Assembly: GCA_023246655.1 (NCBI GenBank)
Contig: JAHFHX010000003.1
Location: 24,875-88,874 of the forward strand
DNA length: 64,000 bases
Reading direction: 5' to 3'
DNA from: Candidatus Magasanikiibacteriota bacterium
GTDB taxonomy: Bacteria > Patescibacteriota > Patescibacteriia > Magasanikbacterales > GWA2-37-8
Below, piece after piece: positions 1 through 9,447 of this stretch. Both the position numbers and the translations under genes were made by a program. Under the pieces are notes generated by a model. It saw only the letters and a list, made by a program, of their open reading frames with translations. It was not told the DNA's origin and searched no databases. Every line of letters starts with the position of its first letter. The stretch's first letter is position 1.

Positions 1-1
1 C

Positions 2-1855
2 TCTACTGCCCTTAAAACGAGCGACCTCACCGAAGCGCGCAATGCTAATATCAAAGCTTTACATCATTTTACACTCGCCAGCGCTACGTTGGGTGCCAAA
101 CACCAGCTCCTTCAAGGAGTGCTCGGAAACCTCCCCGTCGTTGGAACTAATGTCAAAAGTGCCACGCAATTAGTACTCGCTGGTGAAGAACTTTCTTTAG
201 CCAATTCTTACCTACTTAAAGCCGCCGAGCAGGTTTCTGAGGCAACGACGACGCCGCTTGGTGCGCGCCTGGCAGCAATTCTTACCGGAGTTTCCACTGC
301 ACTCCCAAATTATCGGGAGGCTTTACAAAATCTGCGAGCCGTTGACCCCGAAATTTTACCAATAAAATATCAGGCACCCTTTGCTGGGTTTGTGGAAATT
401 TTTGGGCAAGTCCTCCACGACATGCAACGTGTAACCGATCTGGAACGGCCGCTGTTGGAAATGTTTGGTGGCACCGGCCGACGACGTTATCTATTGATAT
501 TTCAAAACCACCACGAATTACGTGCTACTGGTGGATTTATGGGTAGTTTTGCCGTGCTCGACATAAAAGACGGAAAAATTGAAAAACTCGAAATTCCACC
601 CGGGGGCACCTACGATGTCCAGGGTCAACTCAATGCCTATATCGAACCACCAACACCGCTTTTGCTCACGAATAAACGGTGGGAGTTTCAAGATGCCAAT
701 TGGTTCGCTGATTTTCCAACGACCGCTGAAAAAATTCTTTGGTTTTATCGCCACAGTCGCAACCTCACCGCCGATGGTGTCATTGCCATTAATGCAACGG
801 TCTTAGAACGCTTGCTTACTATTGTCGGGCCGATCACCGATTCCAATCGTAACCTTACCTTAACTGCCGCCACCGCACTGCCCGATCTTCAAGAAATTAT
901 TGAACGTGGCCCCGAAAAACAGGATCACCGACCAAAACAAGTGGTAGCTGATTTAGCACCACAATTTCTCAACATGATAACGGCTCTCCCCCCACGCGGA
1001 ATGATTCCACTGGCCACTGGGTTAGCCGAAGCCTTAGAACAGAAAGAGGTGCAGATCTATTTAACTGACGCCACAGCCCAGCAGGCGCTGGAACGTATGG
1101 GATGGGCCGGACGTCTCCTTCCGATTCATCCTCCAGAGGATTATCTACTGGTTGTCAACTCTAATATTCAAGGGGGTAAAAGTGATGCTGCCATTACCCA
1201 AAAAATAAGTCATCAAGCAGTGGTGGCGGAAGATGGCACCATTACCGACACGGTCACGGTAACCCGCGAACATCGTGGCCATAACGATGGCGGCCTCTAC
1301 GGACAAACCAATATTGATTACCTCAGAATCTATGTTCCTGAAGGCAGCACGTTTATAAGTGGAGCTGGATTCACCTGGCCATCAGAACAAGCCTTCCGCC
1401 CCCCAGAAGCCTGGTATTCCAAAGATACTCTGCTCCAGCAGGTTGAAAAAGAAATTGGTGTGGATCAAACGACCGGCACAAGAATTACTCATGAATTTGG
1501 TAAATATGTCTTTGGTAACTGGGTGATTACCGAACCAGGAACGGTTAGTCAAATCCAATTTACCTACCGGTTACCTTTTAAAGCCTTTACCCTCACCGGG
1601 CCACCGGGCGGAAATGATACGAATAATGAACAGAATGTATTGAATAGTTCCAAAACAATGAGTCGGTATCAATTAATTGTGCAACGACAATCCGGTGCCG
1701 TAACTACCTTCGAAAGTCAAATCATCTTTCCCGCCCCCTGGCACTCAATTTGGACTGATGGCCCCTCTCGCCAAACCGCCACTAATGGTCTGCGCATTGA
1801 GGAACATTCACTTAAAAAAGACACCGCTTGGAGTCTTCTCATGGAGAAAAAATGA
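2..1855 (+). CDS. DUF4012 domain-containing protein (5'-partial)
   Basis: Frame is open back to the window start; motifs YLLIFQNHHELRATGGFMGS, DANWFADFPT, DGVIAIN, YLRIYVPEGS typical of DUF4012 proteins. Confidence 0.8.
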   Translation, partial: STALKTSDLTEARNANIKALHHFTLASATLGAKHQLLQGVLGNLPVVGTNVKSATQLVLAGEELSLANSYLLKAAEQVSEATTTPLGARLAAILTGVSTALPNYREALQNLRAVDPEILPIKYQAPFAGFVEIFGQVLHDMQRVTDLERPLLEMFGGTGRRRYLLIFQNHHELRATGGFMGSFAVLDIKDGKIEKLEIPPGGTYDVQGQLNAYIEPPTPLLLTNKRWEFQDANWFADFPTTAEKILWFYRHSRNLTADGVIAINATVLERLLTIVGPITDSNRNLTLTAATALPDLQEIIERGPEKQDHRPKQVVADLAPQFLNMITALPPRGMIPLATGLAEALEQKEVQIYLTDATAQQALERMGWAGRLLPIHPPEDYLLVVNSNIQGGKSDAAITQKISHQAVVAEDGTITDTVTVTREHRGHNDGGLYGQTNIDYLRIYVPEGSTFISGAGFTWPSEQAFRPPEAWYSKDTLLQQVEKEIGVDQTTGTRITHEFGKYVFGNWVITEPGTVSQIQFTYRLPFKAFTLTGPPGGNDTNNEQNVLNSSKTMSRYQLIVQRQSGAVTTFESQIIFPAPWHSIWTDGPSRQTATNGLRIEEHSLKKDTAWSLLMEKK

Positions 1856-1905
1856 TAAGCATATATTTTTTATGAGACTTGCATTGAAATTAATATGAGT
1901 TCATT

Positions 1906-3792
1906 ATGAATCCTATGATCGAGGAACGCCCCCACTTCTCCGAGCATGTCTTGGGAGAAAAAAAACCTAAAAAAATTACTCCCCGACAACGACGTCGCAT
2001 CAAAACTCCTGCGAACCAATTGGCAGTTGCTAACCCAAAAATTGATGAATGCCTCACGAGCATTTACCAGGATGAACGCGGGGCAATTCCCGATATGCGC
2101 ACCATTGCCGTTAAAAAAGAACACCGCATTGGTAACTTTTTTCTTCGTCTGATATGTATCAGTGTAGTCTGCTCCGCCCTCGGCTGGATACTTTGGTATT
2201 ATTGGCCTCAATTACTGCGCCACTCAGAAAACCAAGCAACCTTAACTATTGTGGGGCCAGATCACCCACCCATTGGGCAAAGCAGCACCTATACGTTAAG
2301 CTATGAAAATAGAGAAAAAATTGACTTACACGATGTGCTATTACAACTCCATCCTGCGGCTGGTTTTATAATTGACTATAGTTCTCTTACCGCAAATAAT
2401 GATAAAAAAACTGAATGGACCATTGGAATTCTTCCGGCCAAAGGTAGCGGCACGCTCACCATCACTGGCCGGCAATTTGGCACTCCTCATCAAGCTGCTT
2501 CATGGCGCGCCGCCCTCAAATATCAATCAGAAAAAATAACTTCCTTTCTTGAAGAAGAAACCTCACTGCCAATCACCCTCGGCCCCGCCCCGGTTACTCT
2601 CACCATCTCCGGCCCCGCCCAAAATACCCTAGGTTCAGCAGTTACCTACACCTTCCAAGTAGCTGCCAAGGGTGGGTGGCCGCGTGAACCACTGGAAATA
2701 GTCCCTGAGTTTCCGGTTAATTTTTCCCTCTCATCGAGCTCACCGGCTCTTACTAAAAATCACTGGATTATTCCTACCCCCTCGTCCACTACTCCTTTCA
2801 ACGTAGTCATTACCGGGCAATGGCACGACAGCACCACAACCGAACCCATTATCCGAGCGGGGCTCTTTTGGAGTGTGCCGAGTACAACAAAAAATTTCTT
2901 AGTAGAAAAGTCTGAATTTAAAAGTGAAGTAATTAAAAATGATATTAATCTATCAATTGCGATTAATGGAACCACCACTGATTTTGATAGCAAGCCAGGT
3001 GACCTGATTAATACTACTTTTCAACTCCAAAACAACAGTGGTCACGAAATTAAAAATGCCATCCTCGGACTGAGTTTTGAAGCTCCCGCCCTTAAACGCC
3101 AAAGTCTTCTTAACTGGCCGGAAATCACCAACCCCGCTGATGCTGATATTCAAGGTGAACAATTGAGCGATACGCGACGTCGCGGCACACTTACCTGGTC
3201 TTCCAAACATCTCCCTGCCTTAGCGCAACTACCTTCGGGGAAGGAGGCAAGCCTTGATATACGTTTACCAATTCGTGATAGTAAAAATTTCGCTCTTGAA
3301 TCGGTTCGTGATACAACTATTACTGTTCGGGGCACAGCTACCTTTAGTGACCAAACGGGAACTCACACTATTCTCAGTAACCCCATTACCATCACGGTTA
3401 ATTCCGATCTTACCTTTGAACAACGCTCGGCTGTTTCCGTCACTCCGGAAGGTAAAAAACGATTCGCGATAAGCTGGATACTAAACAACACCTTCCACGC
3501 GCTTAAAAATATTGATCTCTCGGCCACGCTCTACGGAGACATCAACTGGGAAGCAAACGGCGACGTTTCTTCAGGAGTTCTTACTTATGACGCTGCCGCA
3601 AAAAAGCTCACCTGGCATATTGCCGAATTGCCCACCACCGTGGATGTTGCCAGCGCCCCGTTTACGGTAAGTCTAAACAGCAACAACCCTACCCAGAGCT
3701 TACTCATCTCAAAAATTCGAATCCAGGCGGACGATACCGTCACAGGTAAAAAAATAGAACTTCTGGGGGACGAAGTTCCTTTGAATAAATAA
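1906..3792 (+). CDS. Membrane-anchored beta-rich (DUF11/Ig-like) surface protein
   Basis: 628 aa ORF with one TM helix near residue 80 followed by Thr/Ser-rich beta-sandwich-like repeats. Confidence 0.6.
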   Translation: MNPMIEERPHFSEHVLGEKKPKKITPRQRRRIKTPANQLAVANPKIDECLTSIYQDERGAIPDMRTIAVKKEHRIGNFFLRLICISVVCSALGWILWYYWPQLLRHSENQATLTIVGPDHPPIGQSSTYTLSYENREKIDLHDVLLQLHPAAGFIIDYSSLTANNDKKTEWTIGILPAKGSGTLTITGRQFGTPHQAASWRAALKYQSEKITSFLEEETSLPITLGPAPVTLTISGPAQNTLGSAVTYTFQVAAKGGWPREPLEIVPEFPVNFSLSSSSPALTKNHWIIPTPSSTTPFNVVITGQWHDSTTTEPIIRAGLFWSVPSTTKNFLVEKSEFKSEVIKNDINLSIAINGTTTDFDSKPGDLINTTFQLQNNSGHEIKNAILGLSFEAPALKRQSLLNWPEITNPADADIQGEQLSDTRRRGTLTWSSKHLPALAQLPSGKEASLDIRLPIRDSKNFALESVRDTTITVRGTATFSDQTGTHTILSNPITITVNSDLTFEQRSAVSVTPEGKKRFAISWILNNTFHALKNIDLSATLYGDINWEANGDVSSGVLTYDAAAKKLTWHIAELPTTVDVASAPFTVSLNSNNPTQSLLISKIRIQADDTVTGKKIELLGDEVPLNK

Positions 3793-3977
3793 TGAATAGC
3801 ACTAATTAATTCGTTTTCAACGAAGTCGCACTCATTGTCATTCCGAGCGAGGCCTCGCGGCCGACGAGGAATCTCTGTCCAACCAACGATCGTGTGAGCC
3901 AGAGATCCCTCACAGCGGTTCGGGATGACAAAGTATTATTTGAGGGGAGGTAAGAGAAATTAATTAGCACTATTCAT
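3792..3977. repeat. REP/RPE-like palindrome (3836-3930) nested inside an outer AT-rich inverted repeat
   Basis: TGTCATTCCGAGC...GAGGAATCTCT...AGAGATCCCTC...TCGGGATGACA; outer arms ATGAATAGCACTAATTAATT / AATTAATTAGCACTATTCAT; close reverse-complement copy of the core at 47217-47304. Confidence 0.85.
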
Positions 3978-3988
3978 AAAATAATAAA

Positions 3989-4933
3989 TCATTTTTCCTG
4001 CAAAAATTTCTCTATTAAACCAACGGCGGTTACAATATCATCTCCCTCAATCCAATTGATTCGCTTGTCCCGTTTAAACCAGGTTATTTGACGTTTGGCA
4101 TACTGCCGGGTGGCAACTTGTATGGCGCGCACTGCTTCTGCCTTGGTACATTCCCCGCGCACATAGCTCCCCATCTGCTGGTATCCAATACTACTCATAC
4201 TCGGAAGATCCCAACCATATTGTTCTTGCACTAATCGTTTTGTTTCCTCATCCAACCCTTGTGCTATTTGTTCCTCAACCCGGCGATTAATTCGCGCCAA
4301 GAGTTTTTCCCAAGGCCAATGAATACCAATTTGGAGTGTATTAAATAACGGTGCCCCTACTCGCCGCTGCTCTATAAAGGATTTCCCCGTTATCATAGCT
4401 ACTTCCAACGCCCGCAATACCCGTCGAGGATTATGGCGGTCAATTGCCTGGTAACTCTCTGGATCACAGTGCTGCAGCAATTGTTGCAATTCAGCTAACG
4501 ATTTCTGCTCCAAACTCGCCCGCAGCGCCTGGCTGGGAGCGACGGCCGGAATAATAAGATTATCTATAAGCGCCCACAGATACTGCCCCGTTCCTCCCAC
4601 CACAATCGGCAATTTTCCGCGCGCTTGAATAGCATAGAGGCACCCAACAGCTAGCTCCTTAAACTGGGCCACACTCATTTGCTCCTTTGGATCAATGATA
4701 TCCATAAGGTAATGCGGTATACCCTTAACTACATATACCTTACTGCCACCCACCAATTGCCACTCACCAAAAGGCTTAGCCGTTCCAATATTCATTTTTG
4801 TATACACCTGCCGCGAATCAGCCGATACCACTTCACCATTAAACCGCTGGGCAAGCTTAATGCCCAATTCAGTCTTTCCCGAGGCAGTAGGGCCAAGGAG
4901 AATGATAATTTTTGACTTTTTAAAATTTTCCAT
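3989..4933 (-). CDS. miaA: tRNA dimethylallyltransferase
   Basis: GPTASGKT, SADSRQVY, VGGTGQY, TRQYAKRQITW motifs. Confidence 0.97.
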   Translation of the reverse strand: MENFKKSKIIILLGPTASGKTELGIKLAQRFNGEVVSADSRQVYTKMNIGTAKPFGEWQLVGGSKVYVVKGIPHYLMDIIDPKEQMSVAQFKELAVGCLYAIQARGKLPIVVGGTGQYLWALIDNLIIPAVAPSQALRASLEQKSLAELQQLLQHCDPESYQAIDRHNPRRVLRALEVAMITGKSFIEQRRVGAPLFNTLQIGIHWPWEKLLARINRRVEEQIAQGLDEETKRLVQEQYGWDLPSMSSIGYQQMGSYVRGECTKAEAVRAIQVATRQYAKRQITWFKRDKRINWIEGDDIVTAVGLIEKFLQEK

Positions 4934-5021
4934 AAAACTTATATACCAAAAACAAATCCTATTGTAGATACCCTCATGCTATCAGTCAACTCAACAACAA
5001 TGATAAAAATACTAGGGGGGA

Positions 5022-5050
5022 TTGACAAAAGGGTAAAAGTATGCTATACT
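5022..5050 (+). promoter_or_regulatory. Near-consensus sigma70 promoter
   Basis: TTGACA-17 nt-TATACT with extended -10 TG, upstream of three small ORFs. Confidence 0.75.
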
Positions 5051-5146
5051 ATTAATATAATTTAGCTAATGTTAGCTAAATTTGCTGTTGAGTATCTACC
5101 CTACAGCACGCGGTCCCTGCCGCACGTAAATATTAATTTTACTACT

Positions 5147-5353
5147 ATGTCAAAAGAACAAACTATTTCCGATCCAAATAAAGGAATAAAAGAATTTATT
5201 TCAATTGAAGGCAGACCGATTCCTGGGGTTGATTTTGTTCCTGATGATTTGATAGATACGAATGCAATGGGTAATGAACTTGTTAAGGAGATTGAAGAAG
5301 AAGAGCGGGCTAAAGCTGCAAAGGAAGGGCAAGCACAAGACCATGCCGCCTAA
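5147..5353 (+). CDS. Small acidic hypothetical protein
   Basis: ATG after an AT-rich leader downstream of a strong promoter; no recognised family. Confidence 0.55.
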   Translation: MSKEQTISDPNKGIKEFISIEGRPIPGVDFVPDDLIDTNAMGNELVKEIEEEERAKAAKEGQAQDHAA

Positions 5354-5407
5354 AACTACCTCACCTCTTAAGGTAAATCTCTAACTTTAATCTTAAAAAA
5401 TAATTTT

Positions 5408-5746
5408 ATGCCAGAAGAACTACCACGGATTTATGATCTTCCCAATGCGGAAGAAGCTTCTTTCCAAGACATCTCTGAAACAATTACTTCGGTAGAAGAC
5501 CTAGAAACTCGTGTAGGAATTTCTAAAACTGAAGTAACACCAGAACTAGGTAATTTGCTTCAAGGACTGATCGTCCTAGCCAATAAACGAAATAAGCTTA
5601 CAGCTAAAGCGAAGGGTTCCCGAGAAGTAGCAAGCGAGTTCGTAGACAAACGGAATGCGGCTTTTGTCGAACTCAGTAAATTAGTGGGATACGAAAGAGC
5701 CGGCAAAATTGATAAGGCTCTTTTCTCCGCCAAACAGAAAGAATAA
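5408..5746 (+). CDS. Hypothetical protein
   Basis: 112 aa helical-looking ORF with AT-rich upstream region. Confidence 0.6.
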   Translation: MPEELPRIYDLPNAEEASFQDISETITSVEDLETRVGISKTEVTPELGNLLQGLIVLANKRNKLTAKAKGSREVASEFVDKRNAAFVELSKLVGYERAGKIDKALFSAKQKE

Positions 5747-5781
5747 GTTAAATTTATTTATAATATAAAAACTCTTTCTAT

Positions 5782-6015
5782 ATGTCCTCCAAAGAATTTT
5801 CAGGAACTTTCCCACCACCAAAAGATCCGGTTGTTGACAATCTTTTCCGTCCTGGTCGGATTCGTGAAGAATGGGCAAAGGAAGCAGCAGACGAAGAGGC
5901 TGAGAGCGCGGCTGCAGCGGCAGCAATGGGAGAAAAACAAAAAAAACTTGCCGAAAGTGCAGGGAAAAAATCAATTCAACCTCCACTTGGTGAACTCCCT
6001 GGAATCAAAGTATAA
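5782..6015 (+). CDS. Small hypothetical protein
   Basis: 77 aa ORF, Ala/Glu-rich, co-oriented with the previous two. Confidence 0.5.
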   Translation: MSSKEFSGTFPPPKDPVVDNLFRPGRIREEWAKEAADEEAESAAAAAAMGEKQKKLAESAGKKSIQPPLGELPGIKV

Positions 6016-6062
6016 CTCAATTAGCCCTTCCAACAGGGCTAATTTTAATTTTGTAATCGTTG

Positions 6063-7805
6063 TTACTTTCGAGTGGCGATTTCGGTACGTACTTTGGCAA
6101 TAAACTCCTCTTTTGTTATCTTCAACTGCTCCTCCTGCCCCCGCACCCGAATGGTCCAGTCTCCGCCGTCGAGTTCTCTATCCCCTATTACTACAATATA
6201 GGGGATTTTTTGTTTAGCAGCGTTCCTCACTTTTTTGCCAATGGACTCATCAGCATCATCCACCGCCACCCGAATTCCAGCGGCCTCAAATTGTTTGGCA
6301 AGGGTGTGAGTTTGGGCAGCGTGTTTCTCGGAGACTGCCGCGAGCAGAACGTGAACCGGAGATAACCATACCGGAAGGTTGCCGGCTGTGTGTTCAATCA
6401 AAACGCCCATAAATCGTTCTACGGAACCAAGCACCGCCACATGAATCATAACCGGGCGTTCATCTACCCCTGCTGCATTCGTAAAATTCAATTTAAAACG
6501 CTCGGGTTGGTTCATATCAAGCTGAATAGTAGCGAGCTGCCATTCCCGACCAAGGGAATCCACACCCATAAAATCAAGCTTAGGACCATAAAAAGCGGCT
6601 TCGCCCACGCCCACGGAATAATCTTGGCCAGCCTGTTTTACAATATCAGCCAAATTCTGCTCGGCCTCATTCCACATTTCTGGCGTCCCTAAATATTTTT
6701 GCATATTGGCAGGGTCGTGCGTGGATAAACGCACTCTCAATTCCATCCCAATAGTTTTATACAATGTTGTAATAATCTCGTAAGCAACTCCAACCTCTTG
6801 TTTAATCTGATCACGCCGACAAAACACATGGGAATCGTCTTGGGTAATGGAACGCACGCGCGTCAACCCCTGGAGCTGGCCTGTGTTTTCGTCACGATAA
6901 ATGGTGGTGGTTTCAAAATATCTAACCGGCATCTCCCGATAACTCCGGCCGCGCGCAGCAAATAACTGAATATGATGTGGGCAATTCATGGGTTTAAGCA
7001 CAAATTGCGTCTCGGTCTTTTTGCTTTTTACATGAAATAGGTCGTCTTCAAATTTATCCCAATGACCAGACGTTTTATATAAATCATTCTTGGCAATATG
7101 TGGTATCCATACCCGCTCAAATTTTTTCGCCAAACGAAGTTCAGCAATAAAATTTTCAAGTTCACGCCGCACCATGGTACCCTTGGGGGTAAAGAGTGGG
7201 AGCCCGGAACCAACGAGCTCAGAAAATACAAATAAATCTAATTCCGCTCCAATCTTACGATGGTCCCGCTTCTTAGCTTCCTCCAGCATATGCAAGTAAT
7301 CCTTAAGTTCTTGCTGAGAGGGGAAACAGGTCCCGTAAATTCGGGTGAGCATTTTATTTTTTTCATTCCCTCGCCAATAGGCGCCCGCAACGGAAAGAAG
7401 CTTAAAATGTTTAATTTCGTCTTTCGGGTGTGCTAAATGACCACCTTTGCACAAATCGAGAAATGATCCCTGTTTGGTCTCGGTAATCGTTTTCCCCTGC
7501 ACCGCGAATTCATCAATCAGCTCTAGCTTGTAAGGATTCCATGAAAAATCTTTTTTGGCTTGCTCTACCGGAACCTCTTGAATAGTAAAATTATCCCACG
7601 TTTTTAAAATTTCGCGCATTTTGTTTTCTATTCTTTCAAAATCGGCTTCAGAAATTTTTACGTCCCCCATGTCAAAATCCTGATAAAAACCACTTTCGAT
7701 GGAGGGGCCAATAGCGTTTTGTGCATTGGGCCAGATGCTTCTAACCGCAGCAGCAAGAAGATGCGCGCAGGAATGACGTAAGTTATCGAGATATTGTTGA
7801 TCCAT
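6063..7805 (-). CDS. thrS: Threonine--tRNA ligase (lacks N-terminal TGS domain)
   Basis: RHSCAHLLA, DLCKGGH, GAYWRG, KPMNCPHH, GEAAFYGPK, GSVERF; start placed at MDQQ. Confidence 0.97.
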   Translation of the reverse strand: MDQQYLDNLRHSCAHLLAAAVRSIWPNAQNAIGPSIESGFYQDFDMGDVKISEADFERIENKMREILKTWDNFTIQEVPVEQAKKDFSWNPYKLELIDEFAVQGKTITETKQGSFLDLCKGGHLAHPKDEIKHFKLLSVAGAYWRGNEKNKMLTRIYGTCFPSQQELKDYLHMLEEAKKRDHRKIGAELDLFVFSELVGSGLPLFTPKGTMVRRELENFIAELRLAKKFERVWIPHIAKNDLYKTSGHWDKFEDDLFHVKSKKTETQFVLKPMNCPHHIQLFAARGRSYREMPVRYFETTTIYRDENTGQLQGLTRVRSITQDDSHVFCRRDQIKQEVGVAYEIITTLYKTIGMELRVRLSTHDPANMQKYLGTPEMWNEAEQNLADIVKQAGQDYSVGVGEAAFYGPKLDFMGVDSLGREWQLATIQLDMNQPERFKLNFTNAAGVDERPVMIHVAVLGSVERFMGVLIEHTAGNLPVWLSPVHVLLAAVSEKHAAQTHTLAKQFEAAGIRVAVDDADESIGKKVRNAAKQKIPYIVVIGDRELDGGDWTIRVRGQEEQLKITKEEFIAKVRTEIATRK

Positions 7806-7885
7806 ATAGAAATAATTAACAATTATCAAATAACAATTAACAAGTGTGGCTTGCTCGTTGTTATTTGTTCATTGTTAATTTATTT

Positions 7886-8095
7886 AAAAAAATACCCCGA
7901 CACCGCAAAATCTGCGATATCGGGGTCTGTGATAAAATCACGGACGGTTCCACCCGACGTTTCACTTTTTTTCACCAATTGTCATCCCGAGCGGAGAACC
8001 GAGGGATGACACAATTGAGATATTATAGATACTCTGAGAGTGGTACCATATCGGTCCCGACTAGGTCGGGATAAACTGGGCTGGTTCTCATACTA
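7886..8095 (-). promoter_or_regulatory. T-box riboswitch leader of thrS
   Basis: Antiterminator GUCGGG-UGGAACC-GUC...GAC-CCCGAU (T-box at 7945-7955) overlapping a terminator with U-tract (7886-7926); ACC (Thr) at 8044-8042 in a bulge of a short stem I. Confidence 0.8.
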
Positions 8096-8110
8096 ACGTA
8101 TCTTAACAAT

Positions 8111-8139
8111 ACTGTACTCAATCGCTTCAAGTCTGTCAA
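8111..8139 (-). promoter_or_regulatory. Putative sigma70 promoter of the thrS leader
   Basis: TTGACA-17 nt-TACAGT on the minus strand. Confidence 0.5.
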
Positions 8140-8189
8140 GATCGTCGAGACTTTACGAACTTTACAGACTTTATGGACTTTACAAACTC

Positions 8190-9320
8190 TCACTCCACAT
8201 TCTTCACTACTACTTTAATCCGATCCGGTACAGTTGGTGCCGAAAACATCCAAGAGGGAGTAAAAATAATTTCGGCCGAAGCAACGTGATCGAGCCCCAA
8301 GATATATCATTCAATTTCATCTTTTCTCTTTCCCACAAAATGTTGGGGCGAGAGTGTCTCCACGTTGGCATCAAGTGTCACGAGCAGATTGTGCTCTACA
8401 GTAAGTTCCGCTGTACCAGTTTTGGCATCATATGAAGCTAATGCAATATGTGGTTCGGCATCGCTTGAGACTACCTTTTCGATGGTTGGATCAATTTTAT
8501 CTGTTATTGTTCGATCTAACAACTGGGTCAGCTGTTCAGCATCATAGGTCACCGCTATTATGGTACTGGTACCATTTAAAACAAATTCACTTACCTCTTC
8601 ACCTATCTGATGGTTTGAAACAACATTCTGGTTACTCAAAGCCATAATCAGATGCTTACCGGGAACAGTTGAAGGAAGTGTCTTGGCAAAAGCGGCTTGA
8701 GCCTTTTGTGCATAGATTTGCTGTGCGGCCTTAAGATCGGAATCACTCAGAACGCCAATGGTGGCTACCCCCCCCCGCATGGGTTCCGTACTTTGCGCGT
8801 ATACCTGTTTCTGACGATCGGGTGATAAACCAGGAATAGTAAATTGAGTTGGGTCAATATCCGAAGTGCTCCCTGGTTGATCGGCATACACTGGTACCGT
8901 TACTTGCCCATTGGCAGGCACTATTGCCCGCTCCGCCAAACGAAATAGTATTCCTTGGGCAGTGAGGAGACGCGTTGTGGCGACTAATGTTTGTGAACTG
9001 TTGCTTTTATTATAAATTACAGCTGTGCCCTTGGCGACACCAGTGGTTGTCTTATTGCCCGTTGGCTGAAAATGTTCTGACCAGGTAAATACAGTTGAAC
9101 TCGCCAAACCCGTAATGGTATCTTTCCCGTCCGGCTGTTTGGCAACCTTCGCTACCAAGCTCACAATTCGTTGATCAGCTTTCGCTACCACCGTAATGGT
9201 GGCTTTTTTTGACGTCATAAAAACGACCACCGCAAATAATACCACCGTCAACACCAAAAAAGAAAGCGCGATTATTTTATACAAGCGAACGGGTGGCTCT
9301 GGTGGTGGTTTGGTTGACAT
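8190..9320 (-). pseudogene. Membrane-anchored protein with baseplate-J-like domain, interrupted by an in-frame TGA at 8309-8307
   Basis: TM helix and ATTRLLT/ADQPG/FTIPGL motifs; the frame continues past TGA as YILGLDHVASAEIIFTPSWMFSAPTVPDRIKVVVKNVE to the stop at 8192-8190. Confidence 0.6.
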
Positions 9321-9447
9321 GCGATAGGTGATCATACAAAAGTATGGACTAAAAATGTATGGATATAGTATAGCATAAAAAAAAATTCGTGTAACGTGGA
9401 ACGCGTAACCCCTCTAAGGGAGGCGTTACACGTTGTGCGTTATGCGC

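Noticed and set aside
8307-8309. Genetic code 25 (TGA=Gly) or selenocysteine recoding
   Set aside because: TGA terminates several intact genes (e.g. 1855, miaA, gap) and long genes have no internal TGA; a single CGA to TGA change is simpler
8190-9320. Prophage or contractile tail locus from the baseplate-J-like domain
   Set aside because: Isolated membrane-anchored gene among housekeeping genes, with no other phage structural genes
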